Source: a virus. Taken from it: 64,000 nt of DNA. Each line of letters starts with the position of its first letter. Positions within the stretch are counted from its first letter, which is position 1. Position numbers and translations under genes: made by a program. This document shows, piece by piece, positions 9,258 to 17,244 of the stretch. The stretch is from IMG/VR virus record IMGVR_UViG_3300029951_000007; one strand, given 5' to 3'. The notes under the pieces are model-generated. The model saw only the letters and a program-made list of their open reading frames with translations, was not told the origin of the DNA and did no database searches.

Positions 9258-10118
9258 TTATTTTGCTAGAGCTTTGCGGCGTGCCCAAGAAGCTAGTCTG
9301 CTCTTCGACTGCCGTGATCTGTAGTCTCTGTCGGCCCACTGTGACTTAGCACGTTGTGATAGTACTTCCGTAGACTGTGGTGCACGATTCATGTTCTGCA
9401 GCCCACGTTCTAGTTTAGCGCGGCTTTCTTTATTGGCCCATTGCGCTTTGGCGCGCTCGGAACATGCTTGTTTCTGCGCAGGTGTTTTCTTCTTACCAAC
9501 GTTAGCGCCGTGGTTAGCTCGCCAAACAGGGTCTTCCCACAAGCGTTTGAACATCTTGCTAGTATTGGCTTTGAATTTAGCCGTCCTAGGGCGCGCACAC
9601 CGTTTGCGCAGATCAGGATCGGCTGCGTGCTTTGCCTTCAGTTGCGAGCTAACGTAAGCCCTAACTTCTGGGTCAGCGAATGTCTTCCTACATGCTGCTG
9701 CGACACTAGCACGTACAGCCGGGTCAGAGAATCGTTTTAACTGCGCTTTGCGCATGTTGTTTCTAGCTACGGCACCGAATTCTATGTGCTGTCCACCGCC
9801 GCGTGTCAGGTTGTAGCCACCACCTAACGGGTCGTCAACGAACGTGTGCAGCTTCGCGATGTAATACGTTTCCATTTCATTCAGACGACTTATTGGGCCA
9901 GTCCAGATCACTTCCCAACTGAAACCCTCTTCGTACTTGTTCTTACGCAGTGCACTGTGGAAGTAGGACTTGCATCCTTTACGTGCTTGTCCTACGTGAC
10001 CTTTCCATCGTTTCAGCACAGTCAGCACGTTCTTATGCTGACCAACGTATCCCATGTCATTCTTTAGATTTACAGAATGGTATATACACCCAATCTGTTC
10101 TTGCTTCGATTTCTTCAT
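9258..10118 (-). CDS. GIY-YIG homing endonuclease (free-standing)
   Basis: It has GCIYHSVNLKNDMGYVGQ, a KxxRWKGH block, YNLTRGGG, and a C-terminal repeated (A/E)DPxxR DNA-binding-like module. It is a paralog of 15098..15826. Confidence 0.8.
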   Translation of the reverse strand: MKKSKQEQIGCIYHSVNLKNDMGYVGQHKNVLTVLKRWKGHVGQARKGCKSYFHSALRKNKYEEGFSWEVIWTGPISRLNEMETYYIAKLHTFVDDPLGGGYNLTRGGGQHIEFGAVARNNMRKAQLKRFSDPAVRASVAAACRKTFADPEVRAYVSSQLKAKHAADPDLRKRCARPRTAKFKANTSKMFKRLWEDPVWRANHGANVGKKKTPAQKQACSERAKAQWANKESRAKLERGLQNMNRAPQSTEVLSQRAKSQWADRDYRSRQSKSRLASWARRKALAK

Positions 10119-10153
10119 CGCTATCTCCAGCGGCTCCGGTAGTTAAATCAAAG

Positions 10154-10179
10154 AAGGCCGCCCGGAGATGAGCGGCCTT
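10154..10179 (-). terminator. putative rho-independent terminator
   Basis: 8-bp stem AAGGCCGC/GCGGCCTT with a 10-nt loop. On the minus strand it is followed by CTTTGATTT and lies just downstream of the 10216 stop. Confidence 0.4.
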
Positions 10180-10215
10180 GTCGGTCTGCAGGACCTATCT
10201 TTGAAGATTTATTTC

Positions 10216-10551
10216 TTAAGCCACTTGGGCAAAAACCCCTCCGCTGACATCATCGACGATGCCTTCCTCGGTGACGGTGCCGGTGACAGTCGCCACGGTG
10301 CCATCAAGATTTGTGTAAGTCCAGGTTACTTGAATGGCCTCACCACCAGCAGCAATTACTGCGCCAGCAGGAATGGCAGCCGAGAACGTGGTGCCGGTGG
10401 GGTCGGAGGGAACCAACGCGACCGGGAAGTTGGTCATGTCGGACGAAGTGACTGCGGCCTTGGTGCCGTCGAGCGTGAAAGCCGCGCCGGTGAACGCAGG
10501 GGTTACTTGAAATACGGGGGTGTTGCCGGGCTGAATCGGAAGAAGAGCCAT
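10216..10551 (-). CDS. small beta-rich protein (possible Ig-like decoration protein)
   Basis: ATG at 10551 (MALLPIQPGNTPVFQV...). Composition is Thr/Ala/Gly/Val-rich. The functional guess is weak. Confidence 0.45.
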   Translation of the reverse strand: MALLPIQPGNTPVFQVTPAFTGAAFTLDGTKAAVTSSDMTNFPVALVPSDPTGTTFSAAIPAGAVIAAGGEAIQVTWTYTNLDGTVATVTGTVTEEGIVDDVSGGVFAQVA

Positions 10552-10565
10552 GTCTGTGTTACTCC

Positions 10566-10751
10566 TTATTTGATTTGTGCGATGGACCCGCCATCGACGT
10601 TGTCTTTCGCCTTGTCGGACAAGAGCTTGATTAACTGGCGCAAATCGCAACAGACTTCGCGCAACAGTTTGTTCGTCTCTCGTAGTTCACGTGCTAGATC
10701 ACCCTCTACATCAGGCGGGTAGCCGGGGTGTCTACGGAAATCATCAGCCAT
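10566..10751 (-). CDS. hypothetical 61-aa protein
   Basis: ATG at 10751 (MADDFRRH...) with a GGGAG RBS. The track starts this ORF at a GTG at 10769. Confidence 0.4.
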   Translation of the reverse strand: MADDFRRHPGYPPDVEGDLARELRETNKLLREVCCDLRQLIKLLSDKAKDNVDGGSIAQIK

Positions 10752-10790
10752 AGACTTGGCTCCCTTCACGCAGCGGTTGCTGCTGGTTTA

Positions 10791-10796
10791 ATTATA
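10791..10796 (-). promoter_or_regulatory. TATAAT box (minus strand), member of recurrent motif
   Basis: The minus strand reads GCCACTATAATTAAACC, ~40 nt upstream of the ATG at 10751. Confidence 0.35.
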
Positions 10797-10879
10797 GTGG
10801 CCTGGTGGGTGGTCTGGCTAGTTACTGCGACATGCGTACAACGGGTGTTACAAATAGCTCACTGGCTGGACAACCAATT

Positions 10880-11065
10880 CTACGCTAGTACTTCGGCCAT
10901 GTTGGTGTTGCGGCGCTCCGGATCGACAAGACTATTCGGTCGCCAAAAGATGCGCAGACCTACTTGCTTGGATAACTCACGAGCTTCTTCACAGGTTACG
11001 AACTTGCGTTCTACTGCGTCTGACTTCACGACTGCTTTGCCCTTCACTGTCACGCACCTCGCCAC
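10880..11065 (-). CDS. hypothetical protein
   Basis: Track ORF, contiguous with neighbouring genes. Confidence 0.4.
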   Translation of the reverse strand: MARCVTVKGKAVVKSDAVERKFVTCEEARELSKQVGLRIFWRPNSLVDPERRNTNMAEVLA

Positions 11066-11361
11066 TAAGCTCTTCCCGTTCCTGCTGCGATGGCAGCTAC
11101 GTATTCGGCCGGCAGCCAGATATATGTGAATTCTGTCTGCGCTTCCAGCGGACTGTCCTTCATCTTAGCGAGGCGTCCGTGCGCCAGCTTCAGTGTAAGC
11201 TGGCCCTCGACCGGGCCACCGCAATCGCGTAGACGAGCTAGGAGCAGTTGATTGTACTGGTCTGGGTTGGTCTTACATGCGTACAATGCCTGGATGTCGT
11301 CGGTGGATATGCTGAACGAAATGGGCTTCGGCGCTTTGAGGATCTCTTGCTCGAGGGTCAC
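11065..11361 (-). CDS. hypothetical protein
   Basis: Track ORF with start/stop coupling to its neighbours. Confidence 0.5.
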   Translation of the reverse strand: MTLEQEILKAPKPISFSISTDDIQALYACKTNPDQYNQLLLARLRDCGGPVEGQLTLKLAHGRLAKMKDSPLEAQTEFTYIWLPAEYVAAIAAGTGRA

Positions 11362-11579
11362 CGCGCATTCCTCAGCTTGTCGTAGAACTTCACGGCATCG
11401 TTGTATGGCGCGAATTCAGCGCGTCGCGCTTCGTCGTAAAACCGTTGCGTCTTGTAGTTGCGCCTCGCGATCCAGTAACCATTGTACGCTTCCTTCCAGC
11501 TTGGCCAATGTAACTTCGGCATGGTCGGAATTGAGCCATCCACACACACTTCGAACAGTAACATCCCTAGAAACTTCAC
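11358..11579 (-). CDS. hypothetical protein
   Basis: Track ORF with ATGA-type overlaps on both sides. Confidence 0.5.
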   Translation of the reverse strand: MKFLGMLLFEVCVDGSIPTMPKLHWPSWKEAYNGYWIARRNYKTQRFYDEARRAEFAPYNDAVKFYDKLRNAR

Positions 11580-11752
11580 TTCTTCACGACCTTCCTTATC
11601 GACAATGCACAGTTACAATCCCCGCCGCAGGCGGCGCGCGCCAGTACTTCGCGGCGACGCATCTCCTTGGTCAGCTTGATACCTGCCATGCCGTAGACAA
11701 TGAGTTCACGCAGCGCGTTAGCGTGTTCTCTGCGGACTTCGTCCTTGCTCAT
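11576..11752 (-). CDS. hypothetical 58-aa protein
   Basis: Internal ATG (MSKDEVRREH...) that forms an ATGA overlap with the upstream small ORF. Confidence 0.4.
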   Translation of the reverse strand: MSKDEVRREHANALRELIVYGMAGIKLTKEMRRREVLARAACGGDCNCALSIRKVVKK

Positions 11753-11898
11753 AGTTCCGCTTCTCCGACGTAAACCGCGAAGGTCTGCGACACGCCGTTC
11801 ACGCTTACGTCGATCGACGACACGAAAGGCATCGCGCCGCAAACATCCTCAGCGAACCGCTGCAAATCAGACAGTAGTCTAGACGTATCACATTCCAT
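11749..11898 (-). CDS. hypothetical 49-aa protein
   Basis: Own translation: MECDTSRLLSDLQRFAEDVCGAMPFVSSIDVSVNGVSQTFAVYVGEAEL. It falls below the track cutoff. Confidence 0.35.
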   Translation of the reverse strand: MECDTSRLLSDLQRFAEDVCGAMPFVSSIDVSVNGVSQTFAVYVGEAEL

Positions 11899-11914
11899 CT
11901 TCACTACGTACTCG

Positions 11915-12235
11915 TCAAGTGCTGGCATCTTTGTACCTCTCGAACCAAAAGATCACTGGCTGTCCCAGTGGGAGCCACTTCAGCGATGCTCGCCATGTTT
12001 CAATGTCCAAAGAACTTTTCGAATCGTTGCACTCTTTGCAGGCAGGAACGATGTTGTCCAGCGTGTGATTCTCAGGGTACTTGCACCCATGACGTCCGGA
12101 AAACGACCAGCGCACGTTACGGAAGCGCACAATCGGCTTGACGTGTTCGCGGCACCAATTACGCTTTAGCGGTTGGCCACAGTACGCGCACCTATTACCA
12201 AATTTGGCAGCTATCTTCTTCCTAGATACGATCAT
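11915..12235 (-). CDS. HNH endonuclease (terminase-associated)
   Basis: CAYCGQPL ... REHVKPIV ... NIVPACKECNDSK. It overlaps the TerL stop by 4 nt. Confidence 0.8.
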   Translation of the reverse strand: MIVSRKKIAAKFGNRCAYCGQPLKRNWCREHVKPIVRFRNVRWSFSGRHGCKYPENHTLDNIVPACKECNDSKSSLDIETWRASLKWLPLGQPVIFWFERYKDAST

Positions 12236-13521
12236 CCTAACGAGATTCGCCAGTTGGGGATCTTACCGTGCACACCGTAACGCAACGCGTCCAGATCGTC
12301 ATCCTCAATCTTCAGTGGCTGCTCGATGCCACGTTTAGCAGCGTTAGAATCCCATGCGTAATTGGGAATTCGCTTCACGAGCTCCGGGCAACCATTCTTA
12401 CTAATCATCAGCTTCCGGCGCTGCAGCAGCGTAGACACTGTATGGATGCCTTCCTTGACGGAGTTGTCGGCGTCCGTGACCCAGAAGCCACGTTGTATGA
12501 GCTCCTGCTTGAACGACGCCGCTTCGGGCGGTACAATCACCTGGAACTTATCGGCTCCGATTGCGACTAGATCGTCGGCGTATTGGCCGTCGGTCTTCAT
12601 GCGCATTTCTTTGCGGCTGTCCCAACGCTGCTCGCGCACACACCATATAACGTCGCCGTCGTCGTAGAACTCTAAGTGCGACTGGACGTGATCCACGCCA
12701 GGATCGACAGCGAACCAATGGTCGACAAACCCACCCGCGTTGCGCAGAGCGATGGGCTCCGGTGGAAGCACCGTAACCACTCCGTCCTTAGTCAACACGC
12801 CGTCGAATAGGTTAGCCGTCTCGTCGTAGCTGTCCCGATAGATGCTGCCTTCAGCAACTACCCACTGCGCAAGTATGTAGCGTTGGTAGTAGACGCCGGT
12901 CTGCGAAGCGATGATGGCCAGCTTTGACTTCTCATCGATGTTGGGGTTATCGGCCAGTCCGAAGTTGATGATCTCCAGGTCGTCCTTGAACGCCGGAGAG
13001 TCGATGACCTCAGCCTTTAAATAGCAATAGGGATTCGACGTGTTGGTGGAGGCGTAGAAGCGCGCTCCAGCCGGGGACATACGAAGGAACAGCTGCGCGA
13101 GGAATGACTTTGGATACTCGACAACTTCGTCGCCAATGGCGATGCCGATTGTCATACCAAGGATTTGGCGATAAGACGCTTCGTCCTTGGCACCCATAAC
13201 GAACCACTGCGTGCCGAACAGCCAGAGCTCGCCAGTGGACGAGTTGTAACTGTAGTTGTCCTTGCCTACAACGTTGAACAGATCGATGAGTACGTTGCGG
13301 TAGATCGTTTGCTTTGACGCGCCCGTCATCAGCCGCTTGGCGTTGGGCGGTATCTTATAACGGCACAATTGCACGATCGTCTTGGCGTTCAGCGTGAAGG
13401 TCTTAGAACTTCGCACTGTGCCAATAAGGATGGTGTACCGCTTGTCCTGCTCCGGCGGTCGCATGATGAAGGAATGCGACTTCTTGCCGAAGGGCTTGAT
13501 GATCAGCTCGGTGTCACTCAC
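12232..13521 (-). CDS. terL: terminase large subunit
   Basis: Walker A-like ILIGTVRSSKTF and Walker B-like IAIGDEVVEY, with a C-terminal nuclease-like region. At 429 aa it fits the Terminase_3/PBSX size class. Confidence 0.9.
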   Translation of the reverse strand: MSDTELIIKPFGKKSHSFIMRPPEQDKRYTILIGTVRSSKTFTLNAKTIVQLCRYKIPPNAKRLMTGASKQTIYRNVLIDLFNVVGKDNYSYNSSTGELWLFGTQWFVMGAKDEASYRQILGMTIGIAIGDEVVEYPKSFLAQLFLRMSPAGARFYASTNTSNPYCYLKAEVIDSPAFKDDLEIINFGLADNPNIDEKSKLAIIASQTGVYYQRYILAQWVVAEGSIYRDSYDETANLFDGVLTKDGVVTVLPPEPIALRNAGGFVDHWFAVDPGVDHVQSHLEFYDDGDVIWCVREQRWDSRKEMRMKTDGQYADDLVAIGADKFQVIVPPEAASFKQELIQRGFWVTDADNSVKEGIHTVSTLLQRRKLMISKNGCPELVKRIPNYAWDSNAAKRGIEQPLKIEDDDLDALRYGVHGKIPNWRISLG

Positions 13522-14206
13522 TCGGCCCAGCCTTTAGTGCTGCAAACAAACCTTCCAGCTGCTCGTTCTTTCCACCGCCGCCGAGGTCAGGCTGGCGTCC
13601 ATGCTTCTTGGGCTGTAGATGGCCCAATGTCCACTGTAACCCGGCGAATGCGAGCTTGGCTCTCTCGACGTTGTCGACGATGCGACTCTCTACTAGATCC
13701 TCAACGTCGCCGTCCCGAGTAACGACTTGCTTATGGGTGACGATGGAGTAGCTTGTAGGACGTTGAGTTATTGCCCTTGCGTCGTCTTCGAAAAGTGGTA
13801 CAAGAAACTCTTTCGCGCGCGCATGGATTTTCGAGAAGGAGTGTTCTTTATCTGCAAGCCACTTCACGAGTTGATACAGACTCGGGTTTCCTTCGATGGC
13901 TGCTAATTCACGTAACGTGCTGCCAGTAGCGATCAGCGCAAAGAGTTGCTCGCCGAGCTCGTCTGTCCATGGAAATTCTGGATTCGGTGGTCGACCAACC
14001 TTCCGCTCTGAAACTACTTGGTCCTGAATGGCGAGCTTTACTTCGGCAACAGATTCTTTGGCTTTACGTTGTGATTCTGCTTGCACAGCACGAAACACAG
14101 TCTTATTGGCTGCGGACTTCTCTGCTCGTGTGGGACGACCGTCGTGCGTTTTTGCCGGCACCTTAGCAGCAGGCGCGGTGGCCTTAGACTGCTTCTTAGA
14201 TGCCAT
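13514..14206 (-). CDS. terS: terminase small subunit (HTH)
   Basis: ATG at 14206 with a GGAG RBS. GRPPNPEFPWTDELGEQLFALIATGSTLRELAAIEGNPSLYQLVKWL is the classic TerS HTH pattern. The gene overlaps the TerL start. Confidence 0.65.
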   Translation of the reverse strand: MASKKQSKATAPAAKVPAKTHDGRPTRAEKSAANKTVFRAVQAESQRKAKESVAEVKLAIQDQVVSERKVGRPPNPEFPWTDELGEQLFALIATGSTLRELAAIEGNPSLYQLVKWLADKEHSFSKIHARAKEFLVPLFEDDARAITQRPTSYSIVTHKQVVTRDGDVEDLVESRIVDNVERAKLAFAGLQWTLGHLQPKKHGRQPDLGGGGKNEQLEGLFAALKAGPSE

Positions 14207-14685
14207 GCGGTTATATCTCCTGGGACTTAAAGCAAGGAAGGGCCGCGAACCACGTTGTGCGGTCAGCAGCCCCTCTGGACGTCCGTCTACTTGCACTCTT
14301 CTTCAGAGCAGGCAGCTATTAGGTGTTCTTACTGGTCAACTCGTACTACTTATCGAGTGACACCCTGGTCGCTGCTAACCACGCTCAATGTCGTGCGGCC
14401 TCCGTAGAGTGCCGCCGATGTAACTGTTTCCGTTATGGGTGCCAATGGCATGCTCACTCTAAAGTAAGCTGAACGGTCGTCGTTACTCACGAGAACTTTG
14501 CCGCACTCACTGCGGCTGCCCTATCCGGAGAGCGCGGAGGAAGGGTGCTCGATAACCCCGAGTCCAGGACATGCACACTCAAAGAGTGTCTCTCAACAGT
14601 TTGGTCAAAGAACGTGAGTACATCTATCTGGGTAACGTGGTGGTCCAGCCTAGATGGCTCGATTGCCCATAGCTTCTGAGCAATA
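14207..14685 (-). other. ORF-free hairpin-rich leader between tRNA-like element and terS (candidate pac region or ncRNA)
   Basis: About 480 nt with no credible ORF. Several short hairpins appear on the minus strand, for example GCCGCA-GTGAG-TGCGGC and ACACTC-TTT-GAGTGT. Confidence 0.3.
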
Positions 14686-14749
14686 TGGTCGGTGAAGAAG
14701 GATTTGAACCTCCGGCATCTAGCTCCCAAAGCTAGCGCGCCATTCACCG
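14686..14749 (-). tRNA. tRNA-Pro(UGG)-like element lacking a D-arm, CCA encoded
   Basis: The minus strand reads CGGTGAA-TGGCGCG-CTAGC-TTTGGGA-GCTAG-ATGCC-GGAGG-TTCAAAT-CCTTC-TTCACCG-A-CCA. It has a 7-bp acceptor stem, a 5-bp anticodon stem and a T-arm with GGTTCAAATCC. Only 7 nt occupy the position where the D-arm should be. Confidence 0.5.
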
Positions 14750-14836
14750 TAATCTTTAGGGCACTCGCGGGCTAACTGGTAATTTGCGCGGTTTTCATGT
14801 TCCGCCGTTCCCTGCCGCTAAACGCACCCTACATAT

Positions 14837-14842
14837 ATTATA
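14837..14842 (-). promoter_or_regulatory. TATAAT box (minus strand) upstream of tRNA-like element
   Basis: The minus strand reads AGCCTATAATATATG. It is followed by TGTAGGG..TTTAGCGG boxes similar to the 16.5-kb repeats. Confidence 0.35.
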
Positions 14843-14844
14843 GG

Positions 14845-15033
14845 CTAACTAGCTTGTTCCGACATCATGCTGCGGTAGGAGTACACCACCATCAACTCCT
14901 CGGCCGTGAGCTTCTCATCGAACAGCACGGTGCCTACCTTGCCGGCCCAACAAGCATGGACGTACTCTTCAAGCTTCTTCAAGCTCTCTATCAAATCCAT
15001 CGCCATACCTCGATCGCTAACCAAACCGCCCAT
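14845..15033 (-). CDS. hypothetical small protein (start uncertain)
   Basis: This is the 3' part of track ORF 14845..15243, whose 5' part overlaps the GIY-YIG gene. Candidate starts lie at 15033, 15006 and 15000. Confidence 0.3.
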   Translation of the reverse strand: MGGLVSDRGMAMDLIESLKKLEEYVHACWAGKVGTVLFDEKLTAEELMVVYSYRSMMSEQAS

Positions 15034-15097
15034 GCCGCCATCCACCACGCGGTGCACCCAACCACCAGCGCCGAACCCCACACTACAATGGACCGTA

Positions 15098-15826
15098 TCA
15101 CTTCGCAGCCAATTTCTTAGCTGCATTTGCGCGACGCGTTTCCCAAATCTTTGCGGATAAAGCTGCTCTGTCTTCTGCCGAACGTGCTGCCCAACCACGT
15201 TTAGAAGCTTCGGAACACTTAGCAACAAACTCTGGGCTTTCAAACTTGGACATCAAGAGTTCACGTTTTGTGGCCCACATAGACTTAGACTGTTTACTGA
15301 CTAAGCTACGTCTACGTGGTGATCGCACCTCTTCCAGATGCGCAGCTTTCTTTACGGGATCCTTAAACCGCTCTTTACATGCTGCGCTTACTGAGTCACG
15401 AAACTCTTTACTAGCGAAGAGTACGGTTTTCTTTGCTCGGTAGTCTGGATCTGCCCACACAGCTTTCTGTTTCTTAGAAAGAAGTTTTAATGATCTCTTT
15501 GAAAACTGCATTCCACCACAACCACCAGTGGTGAGATTGTAGCCGTGACCATTGTCGATGAACGTGTCAAGCTTCGCGATGTAAAATTCTTCTTTCTCAT
15601 TCAACAGCGAAACAGGCCCACGCCAAACAACTGATTTCTCAAACGCTTCCCACCCATACAAACGCATCGCATTATACAGCGGATGCTTTATCTTCTTCAC
15701 AAACGCAGCACATTTGTGCCCACGCCAACGAACGAGTTCATTTACTCGTTCATGCTGCCCTACGTAACCCTTACCATTTACAGTACAATGAAAGTAGTAT
15801 ATGAGACCTTGCTGTTCATTCTTCAT
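15098..15826 (-). CDS. GIY-YIG homing endonuclease (free-standing), paralog of 9258..10118
   Basis: GLIYYFHCTVNGKGYVGQ, RWRGH and YNLTTGGCGG are followed by a repeated DPxxR/K module. Confidence 0.8.
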   Translation of the reverse strand: MKNEQQGLIYYFHCTVNGKGYVGQHERVNELVRWRGHKCAAFVKKIKHPLYNAMRLYGWEAFEKSVVWRGPVSLLNEKEEFYIAKLDTFIDNGHGYNLTTGGCGGMQFSKRSLKLLSKKQKAVWADPDYRAKKTVLFASKEFRDSVSAACKERFKDPVKKAAHLEEVRSPRRRSLVSKQSKSMWATKRELLMSKFESPEFVAKCSEASKRGWAARSAEDRAALSAKIWETRRANAAKKLAAK

Positions 15827-15839
15827 ACGTACTCCTGCA

Positions 15840-16121
15840 CTATACAGTTCTTGGAAGTCCCCAAATTCTTAAACCATTTACAGGCTTGCCATTCCAATCA
15901 GAGCATGGCACAGGTTGCCAAACCGAACCGACGTTCACCGATACGATGTACGTACTGCATTCAACCGCCGTATTCATACCGCCCACTTGCCGATGCGTCT
16001 CTGCTTTGATCAACGTCTCAGCGTCACGTTTCGATATGTGCCGATGATGCTTACACGTTGGCCAGATACCGTAATGTTCCATACGTCCAGCTTCTTCTAA
16101 CGATAGCACGCAGTAATTCAA
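15840..16121 (-). CDS. hypothetical protein, first gene of leftward operon
   Basis: Track ORF adjacent to the divergent control region. Confidence 0.45.
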   Translation of the reverse strand: MNYCVLSLEEAGRMEHYGIWPTCKHHRHISKRDAETLIKAETHRQVGGMNTAVECSTYIVSVNVGSVWQPVPCSDWNGKPVNGLRIWGLPRTV

Positions 16122-16290
16122 GGGATAGCTACGCCTCAGGATGAACTCGGGCTGTTAGGACTCGGGGTATACCGCCCGGTCACGGTATCTAAGATCGAGC
16201 CGCCCTGGCTCCATCTAGACCACTCTCTAAGCAAACCACCCTACCCACTCTTCTATCCTTGTTGTTGATCTAATTCTAAACTAACCAGCG

Positions 16291-16626
16291 ACGTAGCGGG
16301 GAGCTAAAGTGACCGTCTGCTACCGCTACAATTGCGACGAATCATATCTAACGCAGAATGTGCCACTGGCTAACTATTTCTCCATTCCGCTGTAGACCGC
16401 TAACTTTGATGGTGGTAGATAACCCACGCAGAATGTGCCACTCGCTGGCTTGCTAACTATTTATTACTTATATTTAAACCAAGTAGAATAGGGTGAGTAT
16501 ATATATATGCCAACTAAGTACTATAGCAGGGAGTGAGAGCGAATTGTAGCGGAATTGTTAGCGGGACCTAACCACCAGCTTTAACAACTACATAGCGAAA
16601 AAGCCGCTAACTTCCAATTGTAGCGG
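16291..16626. promoter_or_regulatory. divergent control region with iteron/operator-like repeats and AT-rich core
   Basis: ACGCAGAATGTGCCACT occurs twice (16351-16367 and 16426-16442), each time followed by CTAACTATTT. AATTGTAGCGG-type boxes lie at 16542-16552, 16553-16564 and 16616-16626, and inverted at 16323-16334 and 16387-16395. CCGCTAAC occurs twice. An AT-rich block spans 16461-16527. Confidence 0.55.
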
Positions 16627-16725
16627 TTTACTCTTGCGGCCGCTTTGACCTTAAAACCTAGTCACGCTTCTACATAAAATATATACTTGCGTTAACACTA
16701 ATTGGAATCGGAGGACGACCAATAT

Positions 16726-17244
16726 ATGGCGCGACGCGTTATGCGTGCCTTCACTTTATCGCCTGAGACGTCAGCCGCTTTGGACAGACTACTGTCCGAT
16801 CCGCCTGAGCGCGAAGTACTCAGCCGTCTGTTGCAAGCACCAAGTACCGTAGATCTAGACAAGCATTTCCTGTCTACGCAAGACTACGAGTACCTTTACA
16901 CACTACTGCCGCCAGTAACTCCAGGCGCTGACATGAAGAGCATTAAACGCTGGCCGACTCTTAATGGGTTCGACACACATCTATCGCGGTGCAGTGAATT
17001 CGACCGCTTTCTGACGAAGCGCGTCTTACTGCAAATGAACCAGCGTATACGCATCAACAAGCGTAGCGTTAAGACTCCTTCAATCAACGTAAGTCGTATT
17101 GTGGATGCGCTGCTATTACCAGCTATCAACAAGTTGTACGAAAGGGCTCGCCAGAGTGAAGCTGCTCCAAGCAAGAGAACTGATGCTAAAGAAGGCCGCA
17201 ACAAGTTGTCTGTCTCCAGCCGACGTAAAGGCGTTGCAGTTTGA
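16726..17244 (+). CDS. hypothetical 172-aa protein, first rightward gene
   Basis: ATG at 16726 with a GGAGGA RBS. The track starts this ORF at a TTG at 16702. Confidence 0.5.
   Translation: MARRVMRAFTLSPETSAALDRLLSDPPEREVLSRLLQAPSTVDLDKHFLSTQDYEYLYTLLPPVTPGADMKSIKRWPTLNGFDTHLSRCSEFDRFLTKRVLLQMNQRIRINKRSVKTPSINVSRIVDALLLPAINKLYERARQSEAAPSKRTDAKEGRNKLSVSSRRKGVAV

Noticed and set aside
14487-14747. 86-aa minus-strand ORF in the terS leader.
   Set aside because: It starts inside the tRNA-like element and has no RBS. I prefer a non-coding interpretation, though the call is not certain.
14686-14749. tRNA-like sequence as a prophage attachment site or prophage boundary.
   Set aside because: No integrase or excisionase is seen in the window. 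The element sits inside the packaging operon with phage genes on both sides, and it covers both acceptor strands rather than only a tRNA 3' half.
14845-16121. Group I intron hosting the GIY-YIG ORF at 15098..15826.
   Set aside because: The flanking ORFs do not look like two halves of one interrupted gene, and I could not identify convincing P/Q/R/S core elements. A free-standing endonuclease is the simpler reading.
14555-16168. 11-nt inverted match, ACCCCGAGTCC at 14555-14565 and GGACTCGGGGT at 16158-16168, bracketing the GIY-YIG/tRNA-like region as possible cassette ends.
   Set aside because: It is only 11-13 nt with no extended similarity. It could be chance in 64 kb on both strands.
16291-16626. 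Possible CRISPR array, suggested by the repeated sequences.
   Set aside because: The repeats are short (9-17 nt), occur in both orientations, are irregularly spaced and belong to two different families. No cas genes are present. An operator or iteron region fits better.
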